64,000 nt of DNA from Octopus vulgaris (GCA_951406725.2 OX597819.1:119474001-119538000); one strand, 5' to 3'; shown: positions 1-13,223, counted from the first letter of the stretch. Numbers and translations: made by a program. Notes: a model not told the origin generated them from the sequence alone.

Positions 1-8
1 TCATAAAA

Positions 9-90
9 ATAATAATAATAATAATAATAACTAGTATTAGTAGTAGTAGTAGTAGTAGCAGCTGCAGTAGCAGCTGCAGCAGCAGCAGTG
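9..90. repeat. compound trinucleotide microsatellite (AAT)n-(TAG)n-(CAG)n
   Basis: Direct reading of the sequence. Confidence 0.95.
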
Positions 91-238
91 GTACTGTACA
101 AGTTGATGCAGGTAGTTTACTCTGTCTCACTCCGACTTTTAGTTCATGTAATTGAAGAAATCGCATTATTTATGGGATGACCCAGTATATGTAAGTATAT
201 ACATATATATATATATGTGTGTGTTGGTATTTATATAC

Positions 239-283
<45 letters not shown>

Positions 284-455
284 TAGGTACATGTGTATGT
301 GAATGGAGAATGTGCATATGATTGTGTGTGCCTGGATGCGCGTGTGTGTGTGTATGTGTGTATGTGTGTGCGCAGCTATACAGGATAGTATTGTGGCGTT
401 AACTAAAACGTAAATAGTAACAGGTTAGGCAGTCCTGTAGCATACATACCCCCTT

Positions 456-570
456 AGAAACCCTCACATAAGTCAGATTCTATATACAAGTGGTGGGGGG
501 TTACTTCTCACTCAAGAAACCTTCACATAAGTCAGTTTCCATATGTGAAGTGGGGAGGGTTTAGTTCTCA
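456..570. repeat. two-copy ~59-bp imperfect tandem duplication
   Basis: agaaaccctcacataagtcagattc...ttacttctca (456-510) repeated as agaaaccttcacataagtcagtttcc...ttagttctca (515-570). Confidence 0.85.
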
Positions 571-1361
571 GACAAAATTCAACATTATGCTGATGTCTAT
601 ATATCATTAAAGTTACTACCATTCTATAATGATAGATTGTTAGAGGTTTTAAACGATTTTGGCTATGCTTTAAAACATTTTTTCTTATGAATCACGAAAC
701 AATATTACGCGAATTGTAATATACAAAGATGTGCTGATATATAAATTTATGTATCAATAAAGGCACTCACAAATTCTATCAAATATATTCAACGAAATTA
801 AATGTGTGATTGATAGTATAATAATTGGTAGCTTCATTAAAGAATTGTCCCGAGGGTAGACATTGTTTTTTTTTTATTCTGAATGACTTAGTATATTGTT
901 TATTAGAAATCAATAACATTTACGTGCTTCAAATGCAAATGATTACTAAAATGAAAGTCACTATTTACAACACGGTATTCATATCGCACATTTCAAAGTA
1001 ATTCTTTAGCTCAATGGTGATGTGTAAAGCGGATTTTCCACTTGAATTTAACATTCATAGTAATTGCTCGCTTCCCAACGGATTATATAATTCAAGAAAA
1101 TTGATAACATTAAACGAATATGTGTATATATATATGTGTGTGTGTGTGTGCGTGTGTGTGCATGTACATATACATATATATATATATGGTTTCATTCACA
1201 TATATACATATATGAATATGTCCATATATACATAAATATATATCTATAAATATATGTGTATATATGTATTTATATATATGTATATATAAATTTGTGTATA
1301 TGTACATGTTATCAGCATATTGGCATAGAAATAATTTTCTTGTGTGCCCTAGTTTATAAGT

Positions 1362-1413
<52 letters not shown>

Positions 1414-1418
1414 TATAT

Positions 1419-1536
1419 CACGTGATCACGTGCCCGACCAGTACATCAGATGTAATTACACATCGCTGGTCACAATGCGTTCGCATTGTTTTAGCCTTAG
1501 AATGACGCCACCCCGCTGGCTAAGCGAGCAGGCCAA
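1419..1536 (-). mobile_element. short GC-richer interspersed repeat between (TA)n tracts, probably a SINE 3' segment
   Basis: Island flanked by (TA)n on both sides; contains palindrome cacgtgatcacgtg and hairpin acaatgcg-tt-cgcattgt. The SINE-tail assignment is from recollection of octopus repeats and cannot be shown inside the window. Confidence 0.45.
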
Positions 1537-1599
1537 TATATATATATACATGTGTGTATGTACGTATGTATATAGCAAAATTTTATAGAACAAATATGA

Positions 1600-1646
<47 letters not shown>

Positions 1647-1986
1647 GATAATAGAGCTATCTCAAGTGAGAATGTAAATCTAAATCATGACAAAATCAAG
1701 CGTTGGGGAAATTAGAGAAAGATAAAAAGCGAAATCTCAAAAAGCTCATAAGAAAAAAATATTAAATATGAGAAATTCTTCATTGGAAATTATAAATATT
1801 TAAAGTTACAGGAAATGATCGAATTGAGTTTGATAAATCATGTGTTTACGACACGCAATTCTGAATATATCGTAACAAAAGTGCAGATCACTTTTGGCAT
1901 AGGTATTTTTTCTGGAACTATACCCTTCAACTACAATTCTCCGGGGACTTTCAAGCATTTTAATCCAATATTATAAAGGAAATTAA

Positions 1987-2155
1987 GGCGGCGAGCTAGT
2001 AGAATCGTTAGCGCTCTGGACGAAATGCTTAGCTGTTTTCCGTCTGTTCAAAACCTGCCGATGGCCGACTTTGCCTTTCATCGAGCACTGGGGCCGATAT
2101 AGTCGTCTTATCCCTTCCCCCGAAATTGCGGTCGTTGTACCAGAAATTGAATCCA
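1987..2155 (+). mobile_element. tRNA-derived SINE family A (older, internally deleted copy)
   Basis: Head ggcggcgagctagtagaatcgttagc and core gccgactttgcctttcatc match the other family A copies; old-type tail cccttccccgaaattgc...gaaattgaatcc. Confidence 0.8.
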
Positions 2156-2536
2156 ATAATATGAACAAAGCGTAATTCAGCTACCAGATTATGGAGGAGA
2201 AAAATGATGATTTAATCACAAAGTCTCAACATAATAAACAACTAAAAACGCTAATACAGAGAGTATATAGATATACTGGAAATATTCCATTCCCAGGTTT
2301 GGACAACGCGCTGAAGTAACGATGTAGAGTGAAATTTAATATCATTCGCTAAATACATGTTAGATATTATTCAACGGATAAAATCATTGGGATGAACAAC
2401 GAGTAACAGGAACGAAGCAGTTTATGGGCTTATGGCAAAGCAACTGAACAAAAATATCGAAATGGAAGTAAAAATGGAAATACGATATGCTAACCTTGGA
2501 ATTTACTAAAGTATCATTGATAATAAGACAATCAAA

Positions 2537-2766
2537 GGCGGCGAGCTGGCAGAATCGTTAGCACGCCGGGTGAAATGCTCAGCAGTATTTCGTCTGCCGT
2601 TACGTTCTGAGTTCAAATTCCGCTGTGGTCGACTTTGCCTTTCATCCTTTCGGGGTCGATTAAATAAGTACCAATTACGCACTGGGTCGATATAATCGAC
2701 TTAATCCGTTTGTCTGTCCTTGTTTGTCCTCCCCCTGTTTAGCCCCTTGTGAGTAGTAAAGAAATC
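2537..2766 (+). mobile_element. full-length SINE family A (Meta/MESC-like central domain) with 18-bp TSD
   Basis: A-box-like tggcagaatcg, B-box gagttcaaattcc, core gtcgactttgcctttcatcctttcggggtcgattaaataagtacca; perfect TSD gataataagacaatcaaa at 2519-2536 and 2767-2784. The domain name is from recollection. Confidence 0.9.
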
Positions 2767-3574
2767 GATAATAAGACAATCAAAATACATTAAAACTTAC
2801 AGCAACAATGTGCATGAAATAATCAGTGAAGTTTAAGATCTTGCAATAGTGTTTTTTGTTTTATTATTGACACATTGGACCCTATTGATAGCGAAATTTT
2901 CTCCATGATACCTCAAAGTCCGTGACCACTTGTTAGCAAGAGTTTCTTCAATAGGTTGTAGCCAGCCAGTTCCTTCCGGGTACCAAGTTTTCGGGATACT
3001 CGTGCATGTTTGCACACACCTCTACAATGTGTCATTCAAACGTATCAGTGAGCGGACGCAAACCTTGGCAAAAGAGTGAAAATTACTCCAGAAAAGAATG
3101 ATCAGGATACCGCAAAGTCTGTGACCTCTTGTTAGCAAGAACACCTCCAATAGACTGTAGGCAGCCAGTGCCTTCCAGAAAAGAGAGCTTTAGATAAGCT
3201 AGCCTCTTTTCCTCGTACCATATGGTCAACACACTGCAATTTCAGTTTGATAACTCTGTCAAGTTATTTGGCTTAAGAAACAGGTGAAGGATTGTTGAGT
3301 TGTTGCTCTAGCCAGTCCAAAGAAACTTACGATATGAGCTTATTTTTCATTCCAGAATATTACTCTGAAAACTTTGCCCCAAGTATGCTACATGAGAGAC
3401 ATCGTATAAAAAAATCCTGAAAAGCGACAATAACGTCAACGGGCGGCAGTTGTACTGAGAATTTTGTAATGCGGAGGAAATACCGTTAACCATTTACTTT
3501 TCTATGCGCTAACGATGCTGCCAGGTTGGTGGAGGCAGTAAAAGTGGCGACCAGATAAGTATTAAAAATATGGG

Positions 3575-3770
3575 GTTAAATTTTGGCACAAGCTGAGCAA
3601 TTTTCGGGAGGATAGAAAGTCGATTATATCGACTTTACAACACAATTGGTACTTAAGTTATCGACCCCGAAAAGTTGGAAGAAACAGTCGCTCTAGATGG
3701 AATTTGAACAGAAAATGAAATGCCGCTAAATAATTTGCTCGGCGTACTAACAATTCTGCTTGTTCGCAGC
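3575..3770 (-). mobile_element. degenerate SINE family A copy (similar decayed copies at ~4345-4470 -, ~5820-5965 +, ~18805-19130 -, ~57145-57350 -)
   Basis: Reverse-complement matches to the core (ggtact...atcgaccccgaaa...) and to the head. Confidence 0.65.
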
Positions 3771-3814
3771 GTTAAGAAATGAAATATATCAACAATACAA
3801 ATTCATCTAATTAT

Positions 3815-3963
3815 CTGTGTGGTAAGTAACGGGCTTACCAACCACATGGTTCTAGGTTCAGTCCCACTGCGTGGCACCATGGGTAAGTGTCTTCTACTAT
3901 AGCCTCGGCCCTACCAAAGCCTTGTGAGTGGATTTGGTAGACGGAAAATGAAAGAAGCCTGTC

Positions 3964-4021
<58 letters not shown>

Positions 4022-4246
4022 ATGAGTGTGCATATGGTTGTGTGTTTGTGTTTGTCTCCTAACATCGCTGGACAACCGATGTCAGTGTGTTTACGTCCTC
4101 GTAACTTAGCGGTTTGGCAAGAGAGACCAATAGAATAAGTACTAGGCTTACAAAGAATAAGTCCAGGTGTCGACTTGCTCGACTAAAGGCGGTGCTCCAG
4201 CATGGTCACAATCAAATGACTAAAACAAGGAAAAGAGTAACAGAGT
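3815..4246 (+). mobile_element. SINE family B (tRNA head, internal (TA)n(TG)n, CR1-like 3' tail)
   Basis: B-box ggttcagtccc, body ccttgtgagtggatttggtagacggaaa, internal microsatellite, tail ggcggtgctccagcatgg...aaaagagt; matches the copies at 10268, 22369 and 62245. Confidence 0.9.
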
Positions 4247-4739
4247 CACTCATAAAACACACATGCAGGAAAAGTGGAACATGTTTGGGTGGGAGTATGT
4301 ATATCTGATGGATCATCACAGACGAGAAATATAGCCAACGAATATTCCTTTCTACTAAAGGCATATGACCTGGAATTTTAGTGGGAGGGAATTAGTCGAT
4401 TACATCGACCTCAGTGTTTCACTGGTACTGGATTTATCAACCCCGAAAGGACAAAAAGGGAAAGTCAACTAAGCATTTCAAAGGAAACCCTAGATTTTAG
4501 ACCAATAAATAGCTGTAACCGAGATATGATATAATCATAAACGCCTTGTTGTAATGTCCGTTAAACACATTTATAATGTTAGACGGAATTACATAATGTT
4601 GGAAAAAAGAAAGAGAAGAAATAACACACCTGGCAGTCGTGCTTAAGCGGAAGCGACATTAATACCTAACTGAAATTTAGAATCTGATGTATGTATGTTA
4701 TAAATAAATCCCTTTTAAATAATGTACCATGAATTTGAA

Positions 4740-5790
4740 TGAACACATGTGCATTTGCATGGAGAGGTATTTATGTAAAGTGTGTCAGGTACCCCTAAAT
4801 ATACTGCTTTGCAGTTCATTTATGATACGTCTTCTCGGAATCTTTACTACATATTAATGTGTATCTTTTGGTATCATTCCAGGATCCACAGTGCCAATAT
4901 TCAATATTGCTTCGAGATGCCACAATTTTGTGATTTATATCTCTAAATCCATGTATTTGCTGAACTCCTCAGACTTTTCCAGATGTATTCTCAGTTGTAC
5001 CTGCAGTGACTTTTTAACGCCGATTTTCACTAATACTACGTATTTCTGGCTTGAGACGAAAAGACACTTCTCACAGATGGGCAAGTGTCTGTTCTGCGTT
5101 ATGAACGTTTAGTCAAATTGCTTATTAACCATGAAGTGGTTTTTGATGCTGTTTTAATTTTATGAATTGTAAGCTGGTTTGTTTGGATTTAGCTTCCATA
5201 TCATCTGTCTTTTGAGTTGGGGATACATTTTTCGTTCACGTTATGGTTAATGCAAATGAATTTCTCGACGATATATCATTGCATTTGCCATCACTTATTG
5301 TAGCATTTGGTACTTTCATCTTTCATAAACTGTTTATGCTTTCAGCAGTTTGTTCATTGTAGGTAGTAAACAAGTACCATGTTTACAATTTTCAATGAAG
5401 TACACGTTTCTATTAACTCCCAAACCCATTTGATTTCTTAGAAGGTATAATATATCAAAGTGCTTTTCAATGAGTTACATTAGGATCAACTCTAGCATTT
5501 CAGTCAACTCTGTTATCGCAAAGGTTTAGTTAATAATATTGAAACTCATACCTAAGGAGTCCAAAGCGTCAATTATATTAGTTGTATTCAGTTTAGTATT
5601 CAGAACGGCTCTTACATTACGATAGCATACCTTTCATATATTTTCTTGTATTAGTAAATGCTAATTTCCAACTCTCTTACGAATATTTGATCTAGGTTCA
5701 TAATTCTTTTAATTTGATACCTAAACCTAGTATGATGATGCATGTTTCATAGTTTTCTCTACCGCTTTTGTGACATCCACATTCTGTTTT
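4740..5790 (-). mobile_element. highly decayed R4/Dong-like (RLE) non-LTR retrotransposon 3' remnant
   Basis: Manual minus-strand translation gives CYRNVRAVLNTKLNTTNIIDAL and SKYMDLEI*ITKLWHL...GMIPK, paralleling SKYKNLEIEVTRMWNL...GMIKK of the 51491-52067 copy; many stops and frameshifts. Confidence 0.55.
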
Positions 5791-6751
5791 GACGTGTACG
5801 CTAAATATAGTGTGGTGGAGGCAGATCTTGGTCTAAATTCTAAAGAGATCGACTTTGATTTTCATCATTTCCTGCTCGATAAAGTATGTGCCAGTCAAGT
5901 GCTGGCGTCGATATAATCGACAACCCCTTCCTCAAATGTCGGACTTCGTGCTGACAGCAGAAAAGATGATTATTATCATCGTTTCCATTTTTACTAATGA
6001 CACGTGGAGGAAGATATATAGCTAAATTTGAAGACGAAGGAAATTGTTAAGATAAGAATTTGCAACAATTTAGATTCTTCAACAAAAAGCTGTCACACTT
6101 TTGAATGGATCTGTGAGACTAACAAATTTCAGACATATATAATGGTTGTACTATTTATTACTTTATCTAATATCTCTGGGAAATTTCTTCGTCTATATAT
6201 CTCTCTTTAGACATCCAATTTTTTTTGCGAGTCTCCTGATTTTAAGAAAAATTTTATTTTATATTTTTCTGTTGCAATATTCAAATTGTTAAACTAAGAT
6301 TCAGATGTAAGCATAGTATCGTAAAATAAGAAAAAAAAATTGTTAGGCAAAAAATACAAAATTATTCATAATTTAAGAAATGTGACTTCAAAAGTACACT
6401 ATGTTATTGGAAATTCTCCTCGTAAAAAGATTTTCAAGAAATCTTAGCTTAAAATTTCCAATGAAAAAGATAATTTATAAGGAGAGTTTATAAGGAGAGT
6501 TGTATAATAAAATGTTTTTTATATACTTTTAACGTTTGTCCGAATTTCTTCGTTTTCCGAAGTGATTCTTTTTATTTTTTACATTAAGTTCTCTGTTGCT
6601 TAAGTTAATATAAAGTACATTATAATATAACGAATACACATATAGAAAATTCATGTCTGCCCTATATACATCCACCCATCCATCCATCCATCCAGCCATC
6701 CAGCCATATATGTATATGTAGATGTATGAGTATATGTATATATATATTCAA

Positions 6752-6905
6752 GCAGAGATACCCGGCGTTGCCTGGTTACATTCAATTGAAGAATTAGAAT
6801 GTTCTGTTATATATTCTGAAAGAACTGGAATATCTACGTTTCGAATTTCAGCAAAATTGCAGATGAGGGTTATTTCCCTATTTACACACCCTGAAAAATT
6901 GTAAT
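6752..6905 (+). mobile_element. possible Helentron-associated (HINE/DINE-1-like) 5' end
   Basis: agcagagatacccggcgttgcc resembles the subterminal motif of HINE-type elements; no matching 3' end seen. Confidence 0.35.
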
Positions 6906-7440
6906 CGTGCCACATGGAAACCAAAAGACGAATGATCACAATAAGAAGTCAGTCACCCTACCCTAGTCGTTACCACTCCCAATGTAGGACTCCTCACCAT
7001 CCAGGTGACAGACACAGCCGTAAGATGCATTACGAATCTATGGCAATTGGAAGGACGTGACCCAACTGAAATCAACATTAACAACTGTGTGACGTGAGGG
7101 CTTAGGAGAAATTAAAGTGTCACCTCTGAAGTTTGCAAATGACCACTATACTGATACGTAACAGGACAGAATGAATTTAAAATATTTAAATGTCTTTGAA
7201 TAACCAGTCACTCATCTGGGAAGGCATTGTAATCAATGTTACCATCTGGGGACTATGTGTGAGCGAGTGATAATAAAAAGACTGAAAGGAGGTCTGCAAT
7301 CAAATAACTTTACTCAACACATTGCAACTGAATCAATGGAGACAAAGATACCTCTCATTTACTTAACAATTTATGCACCACATTGCAGAAATCACAATGT
7401 AATCGTCTGTCAAAGTAAATGTAAAAATAACAAAGGGTAA

Positions 7441-8170
<730 letters not shown>

Positions 8171-8211
8171 GTATATGCATACACACACATCACACATACA
8201 TACATATATAT

Positions 8212-8305
8212 TTGGAATTTACAAAAGAAACGAACAAAAGACGAAGACGGGTGTGTAAACAGCAAACAAGTTTATAAGTTTAACGCTCCGGACTTAGGAA
8301 AATTT
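8212..8305 (-). mobile_element. 3' fragment related to the HHR mini-element family at 33058/50023/59692
   Basis: caaaagacgaagacgggtgtgtaaac...aacgctccgga parallels caaaagacgaagacaggtggtgtac...aacgctcagga; abuts a TA-rich tract. Confidence 0.6.
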
Positions 8306-8752
8306 ATACAGGGAGTACTACTAATTAGATATAGGGGACACAAGAATTCATTTATTCACCCCTATATAAAGAATTACGGACACCTTAGTATGTTGTAAGC
8401 ATAAATATTTAGCGTCTTATAATTTTCTTAAACTTTATAAAATAATTTTTTAGAATATAAAAGCTTTTTGAAAATACGGTCCAATAGATCATTATATCCA
8501 ATGAACACTTATGCACAAACCTGTAATCTTAAATTATTTTTTAATAGTAGAGAGTGCAATATTCCCATTGGCTATTATTTGCATGATTAACTAAAGTTAA
8601 CCTTTCAACGAATTTCTTTTCTTATTTAAACGTGGTAATCCTCTTGAAAATCTGTCTCTTATTCATCGATACTCAAAAACTTAAATTTCACCTACTGAAT
8701 ACTCACAATGTAGTGCCCTAATGCTTTTTGCTGGATTTTACCTCGAGAAAGG

Positions 8753-8820
8753 AACCCTGAGGAAGGAGGGCTGAATTTCGAATACTTCGTACAACCGCTT
8801 TTCTGAAACGGCTGCAGGTT
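8753..8820 (+). ncRNA. degenerate type-I hammerhead motif
   Basis: aacc-CTGAGGA-aggagggc...gcttttct-GAAA-cggctg-CA-ggtt; all three stems can form (with GU pairs) but the NUH triplet reads GCA. Confidence 0.55.
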
Positions 8821-8896
8821 AGGAAAAAAGTTTTAATCTTTCAATTTAAATTTTTATTTTTCATGTTTATATTCGTATTTTATTGTTATGTTTATA

Positions 8897-9462
8897 TTGG
8901 GTTGTCCGGAAAGTTCGTTCCGATTTTTGAAGGAAAGTAAAGGTCATTGAATAGTTGCCATTACATTTTTAATGAACCAAATCTGAACCATTTCGTTGCA
9001 CAATACGTCTCCATATTTCGTTTACCTTGAAAATACCCTATTCCCAGAATCGGGGTGGTTTCAAGGCAAAGAATTCGTCAAGGTATTTTTTTACGTAATC
9101 TAAGGAATTGAAATTTTTACCATTAAGACTTTTCTGCAGAGACCTGAATACGCGGAAATCTGAAGGTGCACTATCTGGGGAATAGGGAGGCTAGGGGTAA
9201 CACATCCCAGCCGAGCTGCAGCAATTTTTGTCTGGTTCCCAAAGCATCAAGTGACGAAAATGAACTTTCTCATCTTTTAATTTAAAGGGTTACAGAATTA
9301 ACACAGGTTATAGGAACATAAACCTTCTTCCACGAAAAGATAGCTTAAACTGTGCTCTAAATGGAGGTGTAGTCAAATCCTATTTTATGGACTCAAATAT
9401 GTTCTAAAATAAGTCGAAAGATAAGCTACTATAAATCGGCACGAACATTCCGGACAACCCAA
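8897..9462 (-). mobile_element. internally deleted mariner element with intact TIRs
   Basis: TIRs ttgggttgtccggaaagttcgttccgattt / aaatcggcacgaacattccggacaacccaa, TA duplications at 8895-96 and 9463-64; minus strand encodes transposase C-terminus LLQLGWDVLP...PDSAPSDFRVFRSLQKSLNGKNF. Confidence 0.9.
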
Positions 9463-10050
9463 TATTTCTATATTTTTATCATGAAACTCTTAACATAAAT
9501 ATGTGTATATTCGTATGGAATAATACCTCATCTGCTACATCTGAATTTTCTTGTCTGAATGTTTTAAAACATATATCCAAAATTTTTATCGTATACCACA
9601 TTTTATTAATACTTAGCTCATATACGGAGACAAAAATGTTGTACTATATACTGCAGGTTCTCTCCATTAAAATTCTCGTATTATATACATTATATATATA
9701 TAATATACACACTGGCGAAAATAAATTTAAGACCGATGATAAAAGTTCTATTTCTTAGAAAATATTCTGTTACTAGTCCTTTGCCGATCTTCCACGCTTG
9801 CACGCAAGCCGGTTTACTGCACTTTAGTTACTTGCTGATGTTCGAAAAGGAAACCTTTTGCTGTAATATACGATTTTTGCTCTCGTGACTGGACTAAGGC
9901 TACGTTGTTTTCCCATTATTAATAAATTGTATAATAACATTAAATTATAACTTTATATGGTGCATTTAGGCTCATTGTGTGACCACCTATATTGGCCAAA
10001 AAATGCATGGTCTTAAACTAATTTTTCCGGTAAATTTGAATCGTTTATAT

Positions 10051-10215
10051 TACGTTCGGAGTTCAAATTTCGCCGAGGTCCACTTTGCCTTTCATCCTTT
10101 CGGGATCGATAAATTAAGTACCAGTTACGCACTGGGGTTGATGTAATCGACTTAATCCGTTTGTCTGTCCTTGTTTTTTCCCTCTATGTTTAGCCCCTTG
10201 TGGGCAGTAAAGAAA
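10051..10215 (+). mobile_element. 5'-truncated SINE family A, young tail
   Basis: Near-identical to the body and tail of 2537-2766 (gtttagccccttgtgggcagtaaagaaat). Confidence 0.9.
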
Positions 10216-10267
10216 TATATATTAATTTAGCATTAGAATTCTTCAAGTTCTATAAAATTTGTTTGCA

Positions 10268-10677
10268 TACTCTTTTACTCTTTTACTTGTTTCAGTCATT
10301 TGACTGTGGCCATGCAGGAGCACCGCCTTTAGTCGAGCAAATCGACCCCGGGACTTATTCTTTGGAAGCACAGTACTTATTCTATCGGTCTCTTTTGCCG
10401 AACCGCTAAGTAACGGGGACGTAAACACACCAGCATCGGTTGTCAAGCAATGCTAGGGGGACAAACACAGACACACAAACGCACACACGCATATATATAT
10501 ATATATATACATATATACGACGGGCTTCTTTCAGTTTCTGACTACCAAATCCACTCACAAGGCATTGGTCGGCCCGGGGCTATAGTAGAAGACACTTGCC
10601 TAAGATGTCACACAGTGGGACTGAACCCGGAACCATGTGGTTGGTTAGCAAGCTACTTACCACACAGCCACTCCTGC
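10268..10677 (-). mobile_element. full-length SINE family B
   Basis: Reverse complement of 22369-22780, including the internal microsatellite and (AAAAGAGT) tail repeats. Confidence 0.92.
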
Positions 10678-10811
10678 ATCATTCGAAAGAGAAATAAATT
10701 TTGCATAAGGTGTTAAAGATATAAATAATTTGTATGGTGTTAGTAACGAAATATTTTGTAAGAAATAGAGCTTTTATCGTCTGTCTTAAATATATTTTCG
10801 GCGGTGTATAT

Positions 10812-11900
10812 TTCAGGTCATCCCATAAGTTCTGTCCGAATTTTGGATAAAGAATCCAAGTGATCAAATGTTGTGTTTAATTGAGAGTTAATCATCAATG
10901 TATATTCCCCGATTATCTATGACTTCCTTCCATCTATTTACAAGCTTTTTAATCCCATCAATGTAAAACTCTTTTGGTTTCAAAGCGAGGAACTCTGAAA
11001 TGTCAGGTTCGACCACCTCCTTGCTTGCGAAAGTTGTGTCCCCCTAATAATTCTGTAATCTATGAAACAAATGGTATCCTGAAGGAGTAAGGTCGGGAGA
11101 ATAAGTTGGATGGAGACATTTTTCCAAACCGACCACTTCGATCTCTTGTGATGTGATCTTTGCAGTGTGGGGTTGCGCATTGTCCTGATGAAACATCACT
11201 CGTTTTCGACTCACTAACGCGGCTCTTTTTTCCTTCAAAGCTTGGTTCAAACGCTCTAATTGCTGACAGTAGACTAGAGCATTGATTATTGCATTAGGTG
11301 GTAACAATATAAAGTGAATTACGCCTTTGCAATCGCACCAGATAGAGTAGAACATTTTTTCCCACGAAGTTCCATTCTCGGTTGTGGTTGAGCATTTTCC
11401 CTTTTACCAAGCCACTGTTTATGACATTTAACATTTCGATAGAAAATCCATTTGTCGTCACAAGTCTATCGAAAAAGGGTGAAATGATTTTGCGAGAATG
11501 GAGAGAAGAGCAGATGTCAACTCGGGATTTGCGGTTGCTTTCGGACAATACATGAGGCACATATTTTCCAAGTTTAGGAATATTTCCACGTTGTTGAAGA
11601 TGACGATGAACTGTTGTATGGTTTGAAGTAAGCTTTATTGCCAATTCGTCAACTGATAATGACGGATTCTCTTCAAGTAATGCCTCAAGGAACTTATCAT
11701 CAAACTCAACTGGACATCCTATTCGATCTTCATCTTCAATTTTGCAAACGATCTCCTGCCATTTCTTTCAATCAAGCACTTTCCCATAAACTGAGTGTAT
11801 GTTTCGAGTCAATTCGGCTGCAGAGTTGCCTTTATTGTACTCATAAAGGATTATACGTGCCTTAAATATTCCTTGGATACTTCCATGTTGAAAGGGTTTT
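10812..11900 (-). pseudogene. mariner transposase pseudogene, one TIR retained
   Basis: Frameshifted segments: MEVSKEYLRH (ATG ~11886), KLGKYVPHVL (WVPHEL motif), DRLVTT, MFHQDNAQPH, HPTYSPDLTPSGYHLF (YSPDLAPSD motif); TIR-like tcaggtcatcccataagttctgtccga at ~10813; other end lost. Confidence 0.9.
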
Positions 11901-11979
11901 AATCAAAGCAATTTTAGGGTGTCCACGAAGTCTGGGTACATGCAATAAAATCATAACATAAATAAAAGAAGAAATAATA

Positions 11980-12259
11980 ATTTTCCTTTTTTACTTTTGT
12001 TTAAATTAAATAAAAACAATACTTTTCTTGCTTGTTTTTCCGTTTTCATTTCTCGTTGAGTTCTACGTCTAGTTGTGGTGTCCTGTACTCACATATATAT
12101 ATATTTATATAAGCATGTATATATACATATAGATGTAGGTACGTACATATATGTTTGTATGTATGCATATATTATATCTATTACACTATTGTTTAACAGC
12201 GCCCCCGCGTCGATTCGATTCGATTCGTTCGTTTCGTTCCGTTCTTATTCTCCCAGTAC

Positions 12260-12265
<6 letters not shown>
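11980..12265 (+). mobile_element. partial copy of the 34257-35159 terminally redundant element, spanning its unit junction
   Basis: ttctcgttgagttctacgtc-ttgtggtgtcctgtactca...ttacactatt...cgattcgttcgtttcgtt...ttctcccagtac matches 35024-35159 followed by 34375-34437; ends in (TA)n. Confidence 0.8.
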
Positions 12266-12320
<55 letters not shown>

Positions 12321-12424
12321 CCGGAGTAAACACATAAACGTGAAACAAGGTGGAAAAAAGAGTACTCAAATACCAGTGGTAGAGTAATATGCTTTATTTT
12401 AAGCAGCAGAAAATTCAACAAAAT

Positions 12425-12462
12425 CTGTTACTCTGAGTTTCTCGTTGCCGTTCATCAGACAG
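12425..12462 (-). ncRNA. minimal type-I hammerhead (mirror copy)
   Basis: Exact reverse complement of 12711-12748. Confidence 0.75.
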
Positions 12463-12710
12463 TTTTTGCTAGAATGGAACTTATATATTAATTCAATCTA
12501 TACTCTTACAAACGCTACACCTTTAAAAAGAAATGGAATTGTGTGATTGGCCCTTTAGAAAAAACGGTCAATCTTCGACCTTTTTGTTTATCGCTCGAAG
12601 ATTGACCGTTTTTTCTAAAGGGCCAATCAAACAAGTCCATTTCTTTTTAAAGGTGTAGCGTTTGTAAGAGTATAGATTGAATTAATATATAAGTTCCATT
12701 CTAGCAAAAA

Positions 12711-12748
12711 CTGTCTGATGAACGGCAACGAGAAACTCAGAGTAACAG
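12711..12748 (+). ncRNA. minimal type-I hammerhead, GUA site
   Basis: ctgt-CTGATGA-acggcaacga-GAAA-ctcagag-TA-acag; weak stem II (cg/cg around gcaa); predicted cleavage after 12744. Confidence 0.75.
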
Positions 12749-12780
12749 ATTTTGTTGAATTTTCTGCTGCTTAAAATAAA

Positions 12781-12838
<58 letters not shown>

Positions 12839-12839
<1 letters not shown>

Positions 12840-13223
12840 AAAACTTAGATAAAACTTAGATATGTTTCGACCAAAGATTGGTCCAGGCCATGTCCAACTT
12901 AATAGCACCACCTGATAGGATTATCTAAATCCTGTTTAAGTCAAGTTTTGTTTATGGTCCATTCAAGTAGTGAGTTTTTGTTGAGTGAGTTTTATCTAAT
13001 TATGTGTGGCTTGTCTGGTATTCCTTGAAGGAATCTATCCAGACTCCGTTTAAAGTTGATGGGATCCTTTTCCTCTTTGATCGCTTTCGGGACAATATTA
13101 AATAGGGCAGGGCTTGTTGAGGAAAATAAATTATGTTGCAGTGTACATGTATGCTGTGATCTTGAATTGGGCAGGGGACGTATGGCCCGTGGTCCCTGTC
13201 TTGGATGAACCTTGAAACTAATG
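12839..13223 (-). mobile_element. 3' end of an older CR1-clade LINE (split by the younger copy)
   Basis: Encodes SFKVHPRQGPRA...PALFNIVPKAIKEEKDPINFKRSLDRFLQGIPDKP; 3' UTR stem-loop and (ATCTAAGTTTT)2 tail. Confidence 0.8.

Larger units (their letters stand above)
12318..12781. mobile_element. palindromic PLE pseudo-LTR-like insertion in (TA)n
   Basis: 187-bp arms 12392-12578 / 12595-12781 (2 mismatches seen), 16-nt spacer, asymmetric extension 12318-12391; (TA)n on both sides; an HHR in each arm. Confidence 0.8.

Noticed and set aside
6905-7440. Possible Helitron helicase fragments
   Set aside because: No clear Rep or Pif1 motif in any frame.
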